Source of the DNA: an uncultured Clostridia bacterium
GTDB taxonomy: Bacteria > Bacillota > Clostridia > Christensenellales > Borkfalkiaceae
Length of the DNA stretch: 64,000 nucleotides
Assembly: GCA_947174415.1 (NCBI GenBank)
Contig: CAMWIW010000007.1
Location: 4,557 to 68,556 of the forward strand
Direction of reading: 5' to 3'
Shown piece by piece: positions 34,693 to 44,534 of the stretch. Within the stretch, counting starts at the first letter, position 1. The number at the start of each line of letters is the position of its first letter. The notes below the pieces were generated by a model, which saw only the letters and a program-made list of their open reading frames with translations, was not told the DNA's origin and did not search any database. The position numbers and the translations under genes are program-made.

Positions 34693-37317
34693 ATGAGAAA
34701 GAAAAGCTTACTTTGCGTTATCGTTGCGGTCGTAATGCTTTTGGGAATTGCTCTGCCGGCGTGTAACACTACCCCCGCGGAACAATCCGAGTATACCGTA
34801 TCGTTCGACGTAGGAAGCGAAGCTACGGCGGCGGGAGTATCTACTCCCGAAAGCCAAAAGGTAGCAAAAGGCGGAACGGCGGTTCAGCCCACCGTAGATA
34901 AGTGGGCAGGGCACAATCTTTCGGGCTGGTATAACGGTTCAACCGAATGGAACTTTTCAACCGATACCGTAAATTCGGATATGACGCTTAAAGCCGAATG
35001 GTCGATTGACGTCAGCGAAGAAGTTGCAAGATTATACGAACAGAACCTTAACTGGGGCGAAGAGAACCACCTTTACATTCACTATCTGCGCGGAGCGCAT
35101 AAGGCGTCGGAGAACGGATTGGTTAATCCCGAAGCGGATGCCGCCCCCAACTATTCAACGCAGATAGAATCCGAAGTTTACGGCGATTGGGGTCTTTGGG
35201 CGTGGGAATCCTTCCCTAATAACAGAGAGGGCAGAGCGTTCTTCCCCATGAAGATAGACGAGTCGGGCGCAGTTTATGACGTGGACCTTACTGCGGAATA
35301 TAACGACGCGGGTTGGAGCTCGGATGACCGCACGGATATCGGGCTTACTATTAATTACCGCGACGCGCTTGAAGAACCCGACGGCGACGGAACTATGGGA
35401 CTTCAGATCTTTTCTCAGGACAGCCGTATTAACGGTGCGGGCTTCTGGGTAAACGACGGCGACAATATTTACCTTGATTTAGTCAAAGCAAAGCGCGACA
35501 AGGGCGACTTCCACTGGTTTATCCGTCAAGGCTCGGTTCAGAGCGGTTCGGCAACCTTTGCGAGCGCAGTAGTTTACGACCCTTACGAAGGCCTTGAACC
35601 CGGTTCGGCAACTACAAAGTACGACGTCGTTTCCAACAAGGGCAACAACGACGTGTATACGCAGCAATCCGTGGCGGAAGGCTGGGAAGATAACAGCGTT
35701 GGCTATCAGATTTTCATTGCTTCGTTTGCAGACAGCAACGGCGACGGAATAGGAGATTTGAGGGGCATTATTAATAACCTCGATTACCTCAATGACCTCG
35801 GCGTTGACACGTTATGGCTTACGCCTTTCCAACAGTCTAACTCTTACCACGGCTACGATATTCAGGACTACTTTACAGTAGACCCCCGTTTCGGCACGAT
35901 AAACGATTACCGCGAACTTTTATTCAAAGCCCATCAAATGGGAATGAAAGTTCTTATGGACTTCGTTTTAAACCATACTTCGGCTTCTAACCCTTGGTTT
36001 GTTAAGTCTCAGAGCCTCGTAAAGGAAACAGTAGTCCTTCCCGACGGCAGACAAAAAGAGATAGATTACCGTAACTTCTATACGTGGCAGAACGAAGAGT
36101 ACGTTTCGGAGCTTAAAGACCCCGTTGCAAAAGCGCAGTGGTATAAGGACGCAAACGGATACTACTTCTATTCGAGCTTCGGCTCTTCCATGCCCGAACT
36201 TAACTTCGACTATCAGGCAACGCGCGACGCAATTTTGGAGGTTGCGCTGTATTGGATGAGCTTCGGCTTGGACGGTTTCCGTCTTGACGCTGTTAAACAC
36301 ATCTATATGCTGAATGAAAGCCGCGACCGCTCAGATTGGACGGTTTCGGACGCGGGATATTCGTTTGATATGAACAAAGACGTTCACTTCTTTATGGAGT
36401 TCAACGCCAAACTCAAATCAAGCTATCCCAACGCGCTTCTCGTCGGTGAAAACTTCAACGGCAACCCTGCTTTGCTTGCGCCTATTTATCAGGGTATGGA
36501 TTCTCAGTTCAACTTCAACTGGTATTACGACGCAACCAACGCACTTATGCAGATTGCAAACGGTCAGGAATCGGCTGCAAGTCTTTTGAATCAATATAAA
36601 AAGGCTCAGGCAGAATTCTCGGATTACCGAGAGGACTATATCGACGGCATCTTCACTTCCAACCACGACGTTCAGCGTGCCCGCGACAGACTGTTTGACC
36701 AGTCAAACGGACTTGACCGCGATAACTTCACGCAGGCAGATTGGGACTTGTCCGAAAACCTTGCAAAGCTTTGGGGCGGAATGTGTCTTACCGTTCCCGG
36801 TATGACCTGGATATATAACGGCGACGAACTCGGTATGTTCGGAACGACGATGTCGAACCCCGCAGGAGACGGCGCGGGACACGAAGACAGATGGCTTCGC
36901 CAGCCCGTCAAGTGGACGACGGATGTAGACGGAAGCGATTACAACTGCTACGGTTATCCCATAGCCTTCAACGGCTACACGATGCAATGGGACAGTCTCA
37001 ACGCACAGCTTCCGGGAATTGCCGAACAGAGCGAGGACGAGAACTCGATTTTGAACGCTTACAAAGCCGTAATAAAAATTCGTAAAGAAAATCCCGTTCT
37101 TGCAAGGGGTACGGTTGTTTCCCACACTACGAGCGGCACGGTTATTTGTTATTCGGTAACGGACGCAGACAGCGAAATTCTTATATACGTCAATGCAAGT
37201 AACGCTGCAGCCGATGCAAGCTACACGCTGCCTGCAAGCGCCGAGCTTCTTTACGGAAGCGGACTTGACGGCAAAAAAGTACCCGCAATGTCAATGCTGA
37301 TTTATAAGGTTAATTAA
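34693..37317 (+). CDS. Cell-surface GH13 alpha-amylase lipoprotein with an N-terminal Listeria-Bacteroides repeat
   Basis: Lipobox ALPAC (ATG at 34693, RBS ggagg). GH13 regions DFVLNHTS, GFRLDAVKHI, GENF and FTSNHD. Confidence 0.85.
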   Translation: MRKKSLLCVIVAVVMLLGIALPACNTTPAEQSEYTVSFDVGSEATAAGVSTPESQKVAKGGTAVQPTVDKWAGHNLSGWYNGSTEWNFSTDTVNSDMTLKAEWSIDVSEEVARLYEQNLNWGEENHLYIHYLRGAHKASENGLVNPEADAAPNYSTQIESEVYGDWGLWAWESFPNNREGRAFFPMKIDESGAVYDVDLTAEYNDAGWSSDDRTDIGLTINYRDALEEPDGDGTMGLQIFSQDSRINGAGFWVNDGDNIYLDLVKAKRDKGDFHWFIRQGSVQSGSATFASAVVYDPYEGLEPGSATTKYDVVSNKGNNDVYTQQSVAEGWEDNSVGYQIFIASFADSNGDGIGDLRGIINNLDYLNDLGVDTLWLTPFQQSNSYHGYDIQDYFTVDPRFGTINDYRELLFKAHQMGMKVLMDFVLNHTSASNPWFVKSQSLVKETVVLPDGRQKEIDYRNFYTWQNEEYVSELKDPVAKAQWYKDANGYYFYSSFGSSMPELNFDYQATRDAILEVALYWMSFGLDGFRLDAVKHIYMLNESRDRSDWTVSDAGYSFDMNKDVHFFMEFNAKLKSSYPNALLVGENFNGNPALLAPIYQGMDSQFNFNWYYDATNALMQIANGQESAASLLNQYKKAQAEFSDYREDYIDGIFTSNHDVQRARDRLFDQSNGLDRDNFTQADWDLSENLAKLWGGMCLTVPGMTWIYNGDELGMFGTTMSNPAGDGAGHEDRWLRQPVKWTTDVDGSDYNCYGYPIAFNGYTMQWDSLNAQLPGIAEQSEDENSILNAYKAVIKIRKENPVLARGTVVSHTTSGTVICYSVTDADSEILIYVNASNAAADASYTLPASAELLYGSGLDGKKVPAMSMLIYKVN

Positions 37318-37326
37318 GGTGAAATT

Positions 37327-38238
37327 ATGAAAAAGATTTTAGCTTTAACACTTACGGGACTGCTCGTGTTGGGCGGTACGGGCATGGCTGTTTCCGCGAC
37401 TGCAACAAGCATTGACCCGCATCCTTTAAAGGCGGAAACAATGACAACCTCGCAAAACAGTCTCTATCTCGTACCCGGCACTTACGTGTCGGGCGGCCAG
37501 AAGGTAGAAAACACTATTTCGTCGGGCGCAACTAAGCTCACTGATGACGAATGTGCGGAAATTTTTACCGAAAACGCTTACCTTTGCACACTCGCAAAGG
37601 GCGCTACGCTTCCCGTGCCTTCGAGTAGTCGGGAGGATAAGGACGGAAACGCGTTTATCTTCAACGGCTGGTGGACTATAGTTGACGCGACCGTAACGTA
37701 TTACGATAAAGTTCCCAATTTAAGCGGAACGACTTACCTTTACGCCGATTGGCGCGCGGAAGTATCACAACCCAAAGACCCGATAATACCCGACGATTTC
37801 GTTGAGATAGAACCCGTTCACTATATGTCGATAGCCCGCGCTTCGGGTGAAACGGATATAGTAACGCTGCGCAAAACCTCTACCGATATGGATAACGCCG
37901 AAACGCTGGGTTATAACTATCCGGTTGAATTATATTCATTGGGCTTTGAGTTAAATCCCGGCGACGTTATTACCGTGTACACCACGGGATTGGAGGATTC
38001 GGAAAAAGCGGTAATTTCTCCCGTTTTGGACAGCAACAAAAACCGAAACATTCAACTCGAATCGAGCGGCGACGGAAGCAACGTAACTGCTGACTATCTC
38101 GAGGCTGCAAGTCTGGATAATTGGAGAACGAAACCTACGATGACCTGTATCGCCGATGAGGTCGGATACTATAACGTATACATCAAGTACTATGCCGGCG
38201 GTTCTATTATGGCAGTATATATGGAGCCGTCCGCATAA
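37327..38238 (+). CDS. Lipoprotein or secreted protein with one Listeria-Bacteroides-like repeat
   Basis: Signal peptide, then FIFNGWWTI...TYLYADW. Confidence 0.6.
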   Translation: MKKILALTLTGLLVLGGTGMAVSATATSIDPHPLKAETMTTSQNSLYLVPGTYVSGGQKVENTISSGATKLTDDECAEIFTENAYLCTLAKGATLPVPSSSREDKDGNAFIFNGWWTIVDATVTYYDKVPNLSGTTYLYADWRAEVSQPKDPIIPDDFVEIEPVHYMSIARASGETDIVTLRKTSTDMDNAETLGYNYPVELYSLGFELNPGDVITVYTTGLEDSEKAVISPVLDSNKNRNIQLESSGDGSNVTADYLEAASLDNWRTKPTMTCIADEVGYYNVYIKYYAGGSIMAVYMEPSA

Positions 38239-38335
38239 CGTCATTATTTTTCTCCAAATAATGAGTTCGGAAGAACCTTCCCCCGAGAAGGGGGAAGGTC
38301 TGACGGACGGTAAACAAACGGTAAAGAAAAAACAG

Positions 38336-39133
38336 ATGGAAAAAATCACCATAAAGGACGTGGCTCGGCTTGCAGGCGTTTCAGTTGCAACCGTTTCGTA
38401 CGTTATAAACGGCATACACGAGGACAGATACACGCCTGATACGAAGAGGAAGATTTTACAGATAGTTAATCTTTATAATTTTCGTCCTTCGCGCCTTGCG
38501 CAGTCTTTTGCACTTCAAAAGAGCAGTAACGTTATTATCCTGACGGGCAAACACGAATCGATTATACAAAAAGCCGAAAGCTACGACTTTTTAAGACTTC
38601 TCGGCAAGACTTTCGAACGGTTGGGCTACAACCTCAATTTACGCACTTATCTTGAAAATACTAGGATTGACACCGCCGACGCGATTATCTGCGTGGGTAT
38701 GGAGGAAGAGAAGTTCCGCCGTCTTGCGCAGGAAAATTTCGTTCCGCTTATTTCGGTGGACGGAAAAATTAACGACGAGCTGTTTTTTCAGGTATATCAG
38801 GACTTCGGTTACGTCTTGCAAGAGGGCGAAAAAAAGTTCGGCAAAGGCAATTTTTCGGTAGTGCTTGCGGATATGTACAACAAGACTTTGAGAGACGAAA
38901 TCAGCGCGTTATCCGAAAATATCGTTTTTATCACGGATAACGACGTTTCGAAGCTCCCTAAGGGGAATATCGTTACCGTTCATTCTTCGCTTAAAAGTTT
39001 CAGCGAACTGAAAAATCAGAATATGCTGTTCGTCCCCTCCAACACTCAGGAGCGGGTGGACGCAATATTAGACTGTTTCAAAAAGGCAACCGAGCGCGTG
39101 CAGGGCACAATCCACACGGTCAAGGTGAAGTAG
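38336..39133 (+). CDS. LacI-family transcriptional regulator
   Basis: MEKITIKDVARLAGVSVATVSYVING. The track ORF begins upstream at 38156, but that part overlaps the previous gene. Confidence 0.8.
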   Translation: MEKITIKDVARLAGVSVATVSYVINGIHEDRYTPDTKRKILQIVNLYNFRPSRLAQSFALQKSSNVIILTGKHESIIQKAESYDFLRLLGKTFERLGYNLNLRTYLENTRIDTADAIICVGMEEEKFRRLAQENFVPLISVDGKINDELFFQVYQDFGYVLQEGEKKFGKGNFSVVLADMYNKTLRDEISALSENIVFITDNDVSKLPKGNIVTVHSSLKSFSELKNQNMLFVPSNTQERVDAILDCFKKATERVQGTIHTVKVK

Positions 39134-39148
39134 CCTGATTTAAAAGTT

Positions 39149-40846
39149 ATGAATAAATACGCCGTTTTTCATAAACCCGAAAGTAACTTTGCTTACGCCT
39201 CAGGCGGCAATAAGCTGACTGTAACCTTAAGGGTAGCAGCAAACGACAAATTAGAGAAGGTAGAAATCCTCTACAACAACAAATACGAATTTACCAAAAA
39301 GCAATGCGTTGCAACGATGCAGTGTTACGCAAAAGTCGGTATATTCGGTTATTACCGTGCGGAAATAACACTTTCCGACGCACGTTTCGCCTACATTTTC
39401 AGAATTTCCGAAAACGGCAAAGTTTACTATTACTCCGAAGACGGGCTTTCCGAAGAATACGAATTCGACATTGCTTACTATACCTTCTTTCAGTTTCCTT
39501 TTATCAACGACGCCGACGTTCTGCGCGTCGTGGATTGGACGAAAACCGCGGTATTCTATCAGATATTTATAGACAGATTTTCCCGCGGCGACTTTGAAAA
39601 AGACGATAAATATATAAATACGCTCTGGAACAACAACGTCGACCGTTACTCGTTTACGGGCGGCGATTTGGACGGCGTTACAGACAAACTTCAATATCTC
39701 AGCGATATGGGGATAACCGCTCTGTATTTAACGCCGATTTTTTTATCGGAGACTAACCATAAATACAACGTAAAGGACTATTTGCAGGTTGACCCGCACT
39801 TCGGTAACAACGAAAAGTTAAAAAAGCTTTTAACTTCCGCGCACGAAAAAGGTATTCGCGTCGTTATCGATACGGTATTCAACCACTGCGACCGCAATCA
39901 CGGAATTTTCAAGGACGTCGAAAAGCTCGGCCGCGCGTCAAAGTATTACGGCTGGTTCATAATCGACGGCGAGTTCCCCGACGCAAATGCGGGCAATTAC
40001 GCACATTTTGCCGATTGTAAGTACATGCCGAAATGGAACACCAATAATCCCGAAGTACGGAGATATTTAACGGATATTGCTCTCGAATATTTGCGTATGG
40101 GGTTTGACGGGCTACGGCTTGACGTGGCCGACGAAATTTCTCACGAGATGTGGCGTCAGCTTCGGCGCGAGGTAAAAGCGGAATTCCCCGACGCGCTTCT
40201 TCTCGGCGAAATCTGGCACGAAAACGAGCAATGGCTCAAAGGCGACCAATTAGACGGGGTAATGAATTACAGACTGCAAAAGATTTTGGTAGACGGCTTC
40301 GGAGTAAGCCCCGTAAGCGCCGAAACCGTTGCAGACAGAATGAACGGGTTGCTGATTTCGAACACCGAACAGGCTAACGCAATGGCGTTGAACTTTTTGG
40401 ATAACCACGACACGCCAAGGTTTTTGCGCTTTACGGGCGGAAACCGCGACAGACTTTTATGCGCTTTATGCGCTGCGGTAATGTTTCCCGGAATGCCGTG
40501 CGTGTTTTACGGAACTGAGCTTCCGCTTGACGGTGCGGGCGACCCAGATTGCCGCAAAACGTTTGATTGGACGTTCGGAAATCAAAATAAAGAATACAAA
40601 GAAAATCTTTTGCAGATACTCGGCTTAAAAAAGAATAAGGCGTTAACGGGTGCGGACGCGGAGATTTCGGTTGAAAACGGGCTTTTAAAAATCGTCCGAA
40701 CGGCAGACGGGGAAAGCGTTACGGCGTATTTCAATACGGGCGGTAAAACGAAAGCAGTTAATCCGAGCGGCGAAGTGCTGTTAGCACTGAACTTCAAAAA
40801 CAACAGGTTACTAAGCGACGGAGCAGTCGTCGTAAAAAATAATTAA
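39149..40846 (+). CDS. Intracellular GH13 neopullulanase/cyclomaltodextrinase-type glycosidase
   Basis: No signal peptide. DTVFNHC, GLRLDVADEI, GEIWHE and LDNHDTPR. Confidence 0.85.
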   Translation: MNKYAVFHKPESNFAYASGGNKLTVTLRVAANDKLEKVEILYNNKYEFTKKQCVATMQCYAKVGIFGYYRAEITLSDARFAYIFRISENGKVYYYSEDGLSEEYEFDIAYYTFFQFPFINDADVLRVVDWTKTAVFYQIFIDRFSRGDFEKDDKYINTLWNNNVDRYSFTGGDLDGVTDKLQYLSDMGITALYLTPIFLSETNHKYNVKDYLQVDPHFGNNEKLKKLLTSAHEKGIRVVIDTVFNHCDRNHGIFKDVEKLGRASKYYGWFIIDGEFPDANAGNYAHFADCKYMPKWNTNNPEVRRYLTDIALEYLRMGFDGLRLDVADEISHEMWRQLRREVKAEFPDALLLGEIWHENEQWLKGDQLDGVMNYRLQKILVDGFGVSPVSAETVADRMNGLLISNTEQANAMALNFLDNHDTPRFLRFTGGNRDRLLCALCAAVMFPGMPCVFYGTELPLDGAGDPDCRKTFDWTFGNQNKEYKENLLQILGLKKNKALTGADAEISVENGLLKIVRTADGESVTAYFNTGGKTKAVNPSGEVLLALNFKNNRLLSDGAVVVKNN

Positions 40847-40868
40847 TAAAAAATTTCAGGAGGAAAAT

Positions 40869-42128
40869 ATGATGAAGAAAAGAATTTTAGCTTTAATTGC
40901 AAGCGGCGTACTGACCGCGGGCGCAGTCGGAGCTTTTGCGGGCTGCGGAGGCGATGGCGACGCGGTTAAGCTCACGCTATGGGGTCCTGCCGAACAGCAG
41001 ACGACGCTTGCGGCAATGGTAGAAGAATTCAAAGCTGCCAACCCCGATACAAAGTACGATATTAAGGTAGATACCTGCGGTGAAGACATGACTGTCAGCA
41101 ACGTAGGTTCAGACCCCGACACGGCAGCGGACGTTTTCGGATACGTAAGCGACCAACTCGTTCCCTTATTGCGCGTCGGCGCTTTGGCGGAGCTTGGCGG
41201 AGTATTCCTTGATAACGTCGTAGCCGAAAACACGGAAGCGTCGGTGGCTGCGGGCACTTTCAATAATGCGGTTTACGGCTATCCTTATGCCGGCGACAAT
41301 ACCTACTTTATGTACTATAACAAATCGGTAGTAGCCGATGACGAAGTAGGCTCTCTTGAAGAAATAATAGACGCCTGCAATGCAGCAGGTAAGAAAATCG
41401 CTTGGGCGTTTGACCTTCCTTGGTATACGGCGGGCTGGTTCTTCACGTTCGGTTGCGATTTCAGTGTAGAGTACGGTGATGCCCAAAACCCTTACAGTGA
41501 AACTAACGCGACTTGCAACTTCAATAACGAAGACGGAGTGCTTGCGTCGAAAGCAATGGAAAAGCTCGTTGCAAGCGGTGCTATGCTTTCGGGTACGGGA
41601 CTTTCCGACTCTATCATAAAAACAAAATTCCAGACAGGCGAAATTGCAGTAGCCGTTTCGGGAACTTGGAACGCGAGAGAAATCGAAGGAATACTCGGCG
41701 AAAACTACGGCGTTTGCGAGCTGCCTACTGTTACGGTGGAAGGAAGAACCGAACATCTCCGTTCGTTTATGGGCTACAAATTTTACGGTGTAAACAGGCA
41801 CAGTAAAAATCTTATCGAGGCGCACAAGCTTGCAGCGTTCCTTTCGGGCGAAGCTATGCAGTTAGAGCGTTTCGAAAAGCACAATATAGGTCCGACCAAC
41901 AATGCGGTTGCAGAATTATCGGAAGTAAAGAATAACCCTGCCATCAAAGCTGTCAAAGCTCAAATGTCTTATACGAGGCTTCAGGAATCCGCACCCGGCG
42001 ATTTCTGGGAACCTTTGAAGGGATACGGCGTTAACGTTATAGGAAGCAAAATAAAGGACAGCAACCGTCAGACGCAGCTTAACAGTCTCGTAATTGATAT
42101 TCTTGGTAAATTTGCTCCAAATAATTAA
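40869..42128 (+). CDS. Maltodextrin ABC transporter substrate-binding lipoprotein
   Basis: Lipobox AFAGC. MalE/MdxE-like length and context. Confidence 0.85.
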   Translation: MMKKRILALIASGVLTAGAVGAFAGCGGDGDAVKLTLWGPAEQQTTLAAMVEEFKAANPDTKYDIKVDTCGEDMTVSNVGSDPDTAADVFGYVSDQLVPLLRVGALAELGGVFLDNVVAENTEASVAAGTFNNAVYGYPYAGDNTYFMYYNKSVVADDEVGSLEEIIDACNAAGKKIAWAFDLPWYTAGWFFTFGCDFSVEYGDAQNPYSETNATCNFNNEDGVLASKAMEKLVASGAMLSGTGLSDSIIKTKFQTGEIAVAVSGTWNAREIEGILGENYGVCELPTVTVEGRTEHLRSFMGYKFYGVNRHSKNLIEAHKLAAFLSGEAMQLERFEKHNIGPTNNAVAELSEVKNNPAIKAVKAQMSYTRLQESAPGDFWEPLKGYGVNVIGSKIKDSNRQTQLNSLVIDILGKFAPNN

Positions 42129-42142
42129 TTTTTCGGTGTAAA

Positions 42143-43660
42143 ATGGTAGATTTAGAGTATTTGAAAATGTCGCCTTTACAAAAGTTTTGGTTTAACTTCA
42201 AGGCTTTTTTCAAGGGCTTGCCGTCTAAGTTTTCGGCGTTCTTCAAGGCGATACCAAAAAAACTTTATAAGCTTTGGCTTGCCTTTGCCGGTATTTTCTT
42301 AAATATCGGCAGGGCGGCGAGGGACGGCGACTGGAAGACCCGCACGTCCTTTGCCGTAATGGGCTTCGGGCTCGTTGCACGCAAGCGGTATCTTCGCGGA
42401 ATATTGTATTTTCTGTTTGAAGTGCTGTTTGTTTTATATATGGTTTTCTTCGGCGGTAAGTACATTGCGCAAATGGGGACTTTGGGCGAAGTTGCCGAAG
42501 TTGCCGTGAAAGACCCGCTTACGGGTATTACCGTTTACGAATACCACGACAACAGCCTTCTGATACTTCTGTATTCGCTACTTACAATCTTTATAATGAT
42601 TGCGTTCGTGTATATGTGGTATCAGAACGTAAAGAGCAGTTTAATTTCTCAGCAGTTTGTGGAAGCGCGTATGCACCTTCCCACGGACAAGGAAGAAATT
42701 CATTCCTACGCGGACGAGAATTACCATAAAACGCTGTTGTCCGTTCCTTTGCTCGGGCTTACGGTTTTCACAATCCTGCCCATATTCTTTATGATTTTCA
42801 TAGCCTTTACCAACTTTGACGGAAACCATTATCCTCCGGCAAATTTATTCGGTTGGGTAGGCGGAGAAAACTTCGCAAATCTTTTCGGCGGAGGCGTTGC
42901 GGGCAACAGTTCTAAATTTGCTTTTACCTTCGGGCAAGTGCTTTTATGGACTATCGTGTGGGCGTTTTTTGCAACCTTTTTAAACTACATTCTCGGAATG
43001 TTGGTTGCGATTATAATCAACAAGAAAGGTATAAGGTTCAAAAAGCTTTGGCGTACGATACTCGTCATTACGATAGCCGTTCCGCAGTTTGTATCTTTAT
43101 TGTTTATGTCTCAGATTTTTTCCGACCAAGGTTTAATTAATAACCTCTTGGTAAAATGGGGCGTAATAGAAGATGCAGGACGTATACCGTTCTTGTCAAC
43201 AGACGGTACTTTGGCAAGAACCATGATTATTCTAATCAACGTGTGGATAGGTATACCGTATTCGATGCTGATTTGCACGGGAATACTTATGAACATTCCC
43301 GAGGACCTGTACGAGTCGGCGCGTATAGACGGCGCAGGGCCTTTTAAAGCGTATATGAAGATAACTCTTCCCTATATGCTCCACGTTACAACGCCTTACC
43401 TTATCACGCAGTTCATAGGCAACCTCAACAACTTCAACGTAATATTCCTGTTATCGGGCAACGTGCCTATTTCGAGTGATATGTATAATGCTGGACAAAC
43501 GGACCTTCTTATCACGTGGTTGTATAAGCTCACTATGACTTACAACGAATACGGGTTGGCTTCGGTTATAGGTATATTGACCTTTGTAATCGTAGCGGTG
43601 TTCTCGCTCGTGCTTTACAACCGCTCCAAATCGGTTAAAAACGAGGAGGACTTTATGTAA
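42143..43660 (+). CDS. Maltodextrin ABC transporter permease (MalF-like)
   Basis: EAA loop SARIDGAGPFKAYMKITLP. Confidence 0.85.
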   Translation: MVDLEYLKMSPLQKFWFNFKAFFKGLPSKFSAFFKAIPKKLYKLWLAFAGIFLNIGRAARDGDWKTRTSFAVMGFGLVARKRYLRGILYFLFEVLFVLYMVFFGGKYIAQMGTLGEVAEVAVKDPLTGITVYEYHDNSLLILLYSLLTIFIMIAFVYMWYQNVKSSLISQQFVEARMHLPTDKEEIHSYADENYHKTLLSVPLLGLTVFTILPIFFMIFIAFTNFDGNHYPPANLFGWVGGENFANLFGGGVAGNSSKFAFTFGQVLLWTIVWAFFATFLNYILGMLVAIIINKKGIRFKKLWRTILVITIAVPQFVSLLFMSQIFSDQGLINNLLVKWGVIEDAGRIPFLSTDGTLARTMIILINVWIGIPYSMLICTGILMNIPEDLYESARIDGAGPFKAYMKITLPYMLHVTTPYLITQFIGNLNNFNVIFLLSGNVPISSDMYNAGQTDLLITWLYKLTMTYNEYGLASVIGILTFVIVAVFSLVLYNRSKSVKNEEDFM

Positions 43661-44523
43661 TGGAAAAGAAGAAATTAAGAAGCAAGAAGGGCGCGGAACG
43701 CGCAACGCGGATACTTATCTACGCCGTTCTTATCGTCATTTCGATTATTTGGCTTATTCCTTTTTTGTTGCTCATTATTCAATCGTTCAACGGAAATGCG
43801 GGTGGCGGTTACGGTAACTCTATATTTCCCGAAGTGTGGACTTTCGACAACTACGTAAAGCTGTTCACGGAAACGGATTTCCCCAAATGGTACGGCAACA
43901 CCTTGCTCGTTTCGGTAGTGGTAACCGTTTTCCAAACTGCGATAGTGCTTGTAACAAGCTATGCGCTGTCGCGGCTTCGCTTCAAAATGCGCAAGCCTTT
44001 AATGAACCTGATGCTCATTCTGGGAATGTTCCCCGGCTTCCTATCAATGACTGCCGTATATTTCGTATTGAAAGAAATACATTTAACGGCTAATCCCTTG
44101 GGGCTTATCCTCGTATATTCGGCAAGCTCGGCAATGCAGTACTATATCTGCAAGGGCTTCTTCGATACTATCCCCAAATCGTTGGACGAGGCGGCGCGTA
44201 TAGACGGCGCAAGCAGACAGCAGATTTTATGGAAGGTAATTCTTCCGCTTGCAAAGCCGATAATTATCTACACCGTATTGACGGCGTTTATTGCCCCTTG
44301 GGGCGAGTATATGTTCGCGTCTTTGATAATGCGCGGCGACACGTCAATGTACACGGTTGCGGCGGGTATGAAAGAAATATTCCTCAGTCAGGGCAACGAA
44401 TACAAATACTTTACGGTATTCTGCGCCGCCGCCGTTGTTGTTTCGATTCCCATAACGGTGCTGTTCATTTGGTTGCAAAGATATTACGTAGAGGGCATAA
44501 CGGGCGGCTCGGTTAAAGGTTAA
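43660..44523 (+). CDS. Maltodextrin ABC transporter permease (MalG-like)
   Basis: EAA loop AARIDGASRQQILWKVILP. 1-nt overlap with the previous gene. Confidence 0.9.
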   Translation: MEKKKLRSKKGAERATRILIYAVLIVISIIWLIPFLLLIIQSFNGNAGGGYGNSIFPEVWTFDNYVKLFTETDFPKWYGNTLLVSVVVTVFQTAIVLVTSYALSRLRFKMRKPLMNLMLILGMFPGFLSMTAVYFVLKEIHLTANPLGLILVYSASSAMQYYICKGFFDTIPKSLDEAARIDGASRQQILWKVILPLAKPIIIYTVLTAFIAPWGEYMFASLIMRGDTSMYTVAAGMKEIFLSQGNEYKYFTVFCAAAVVVSIPITVLFIWLQRYYVEGITGGSVKG

Positions 44524-44534
44524 AGAGGTAAATT

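Noticed and set aside
38156-38335. A 60-codon N-terminal extension of the LacI-family ORF in the track.
   Set aside because: The extension overlaps the end of the preceding lipoprotein gene, and LacI proteins begin right at the HTH (MEKITIKDVA).
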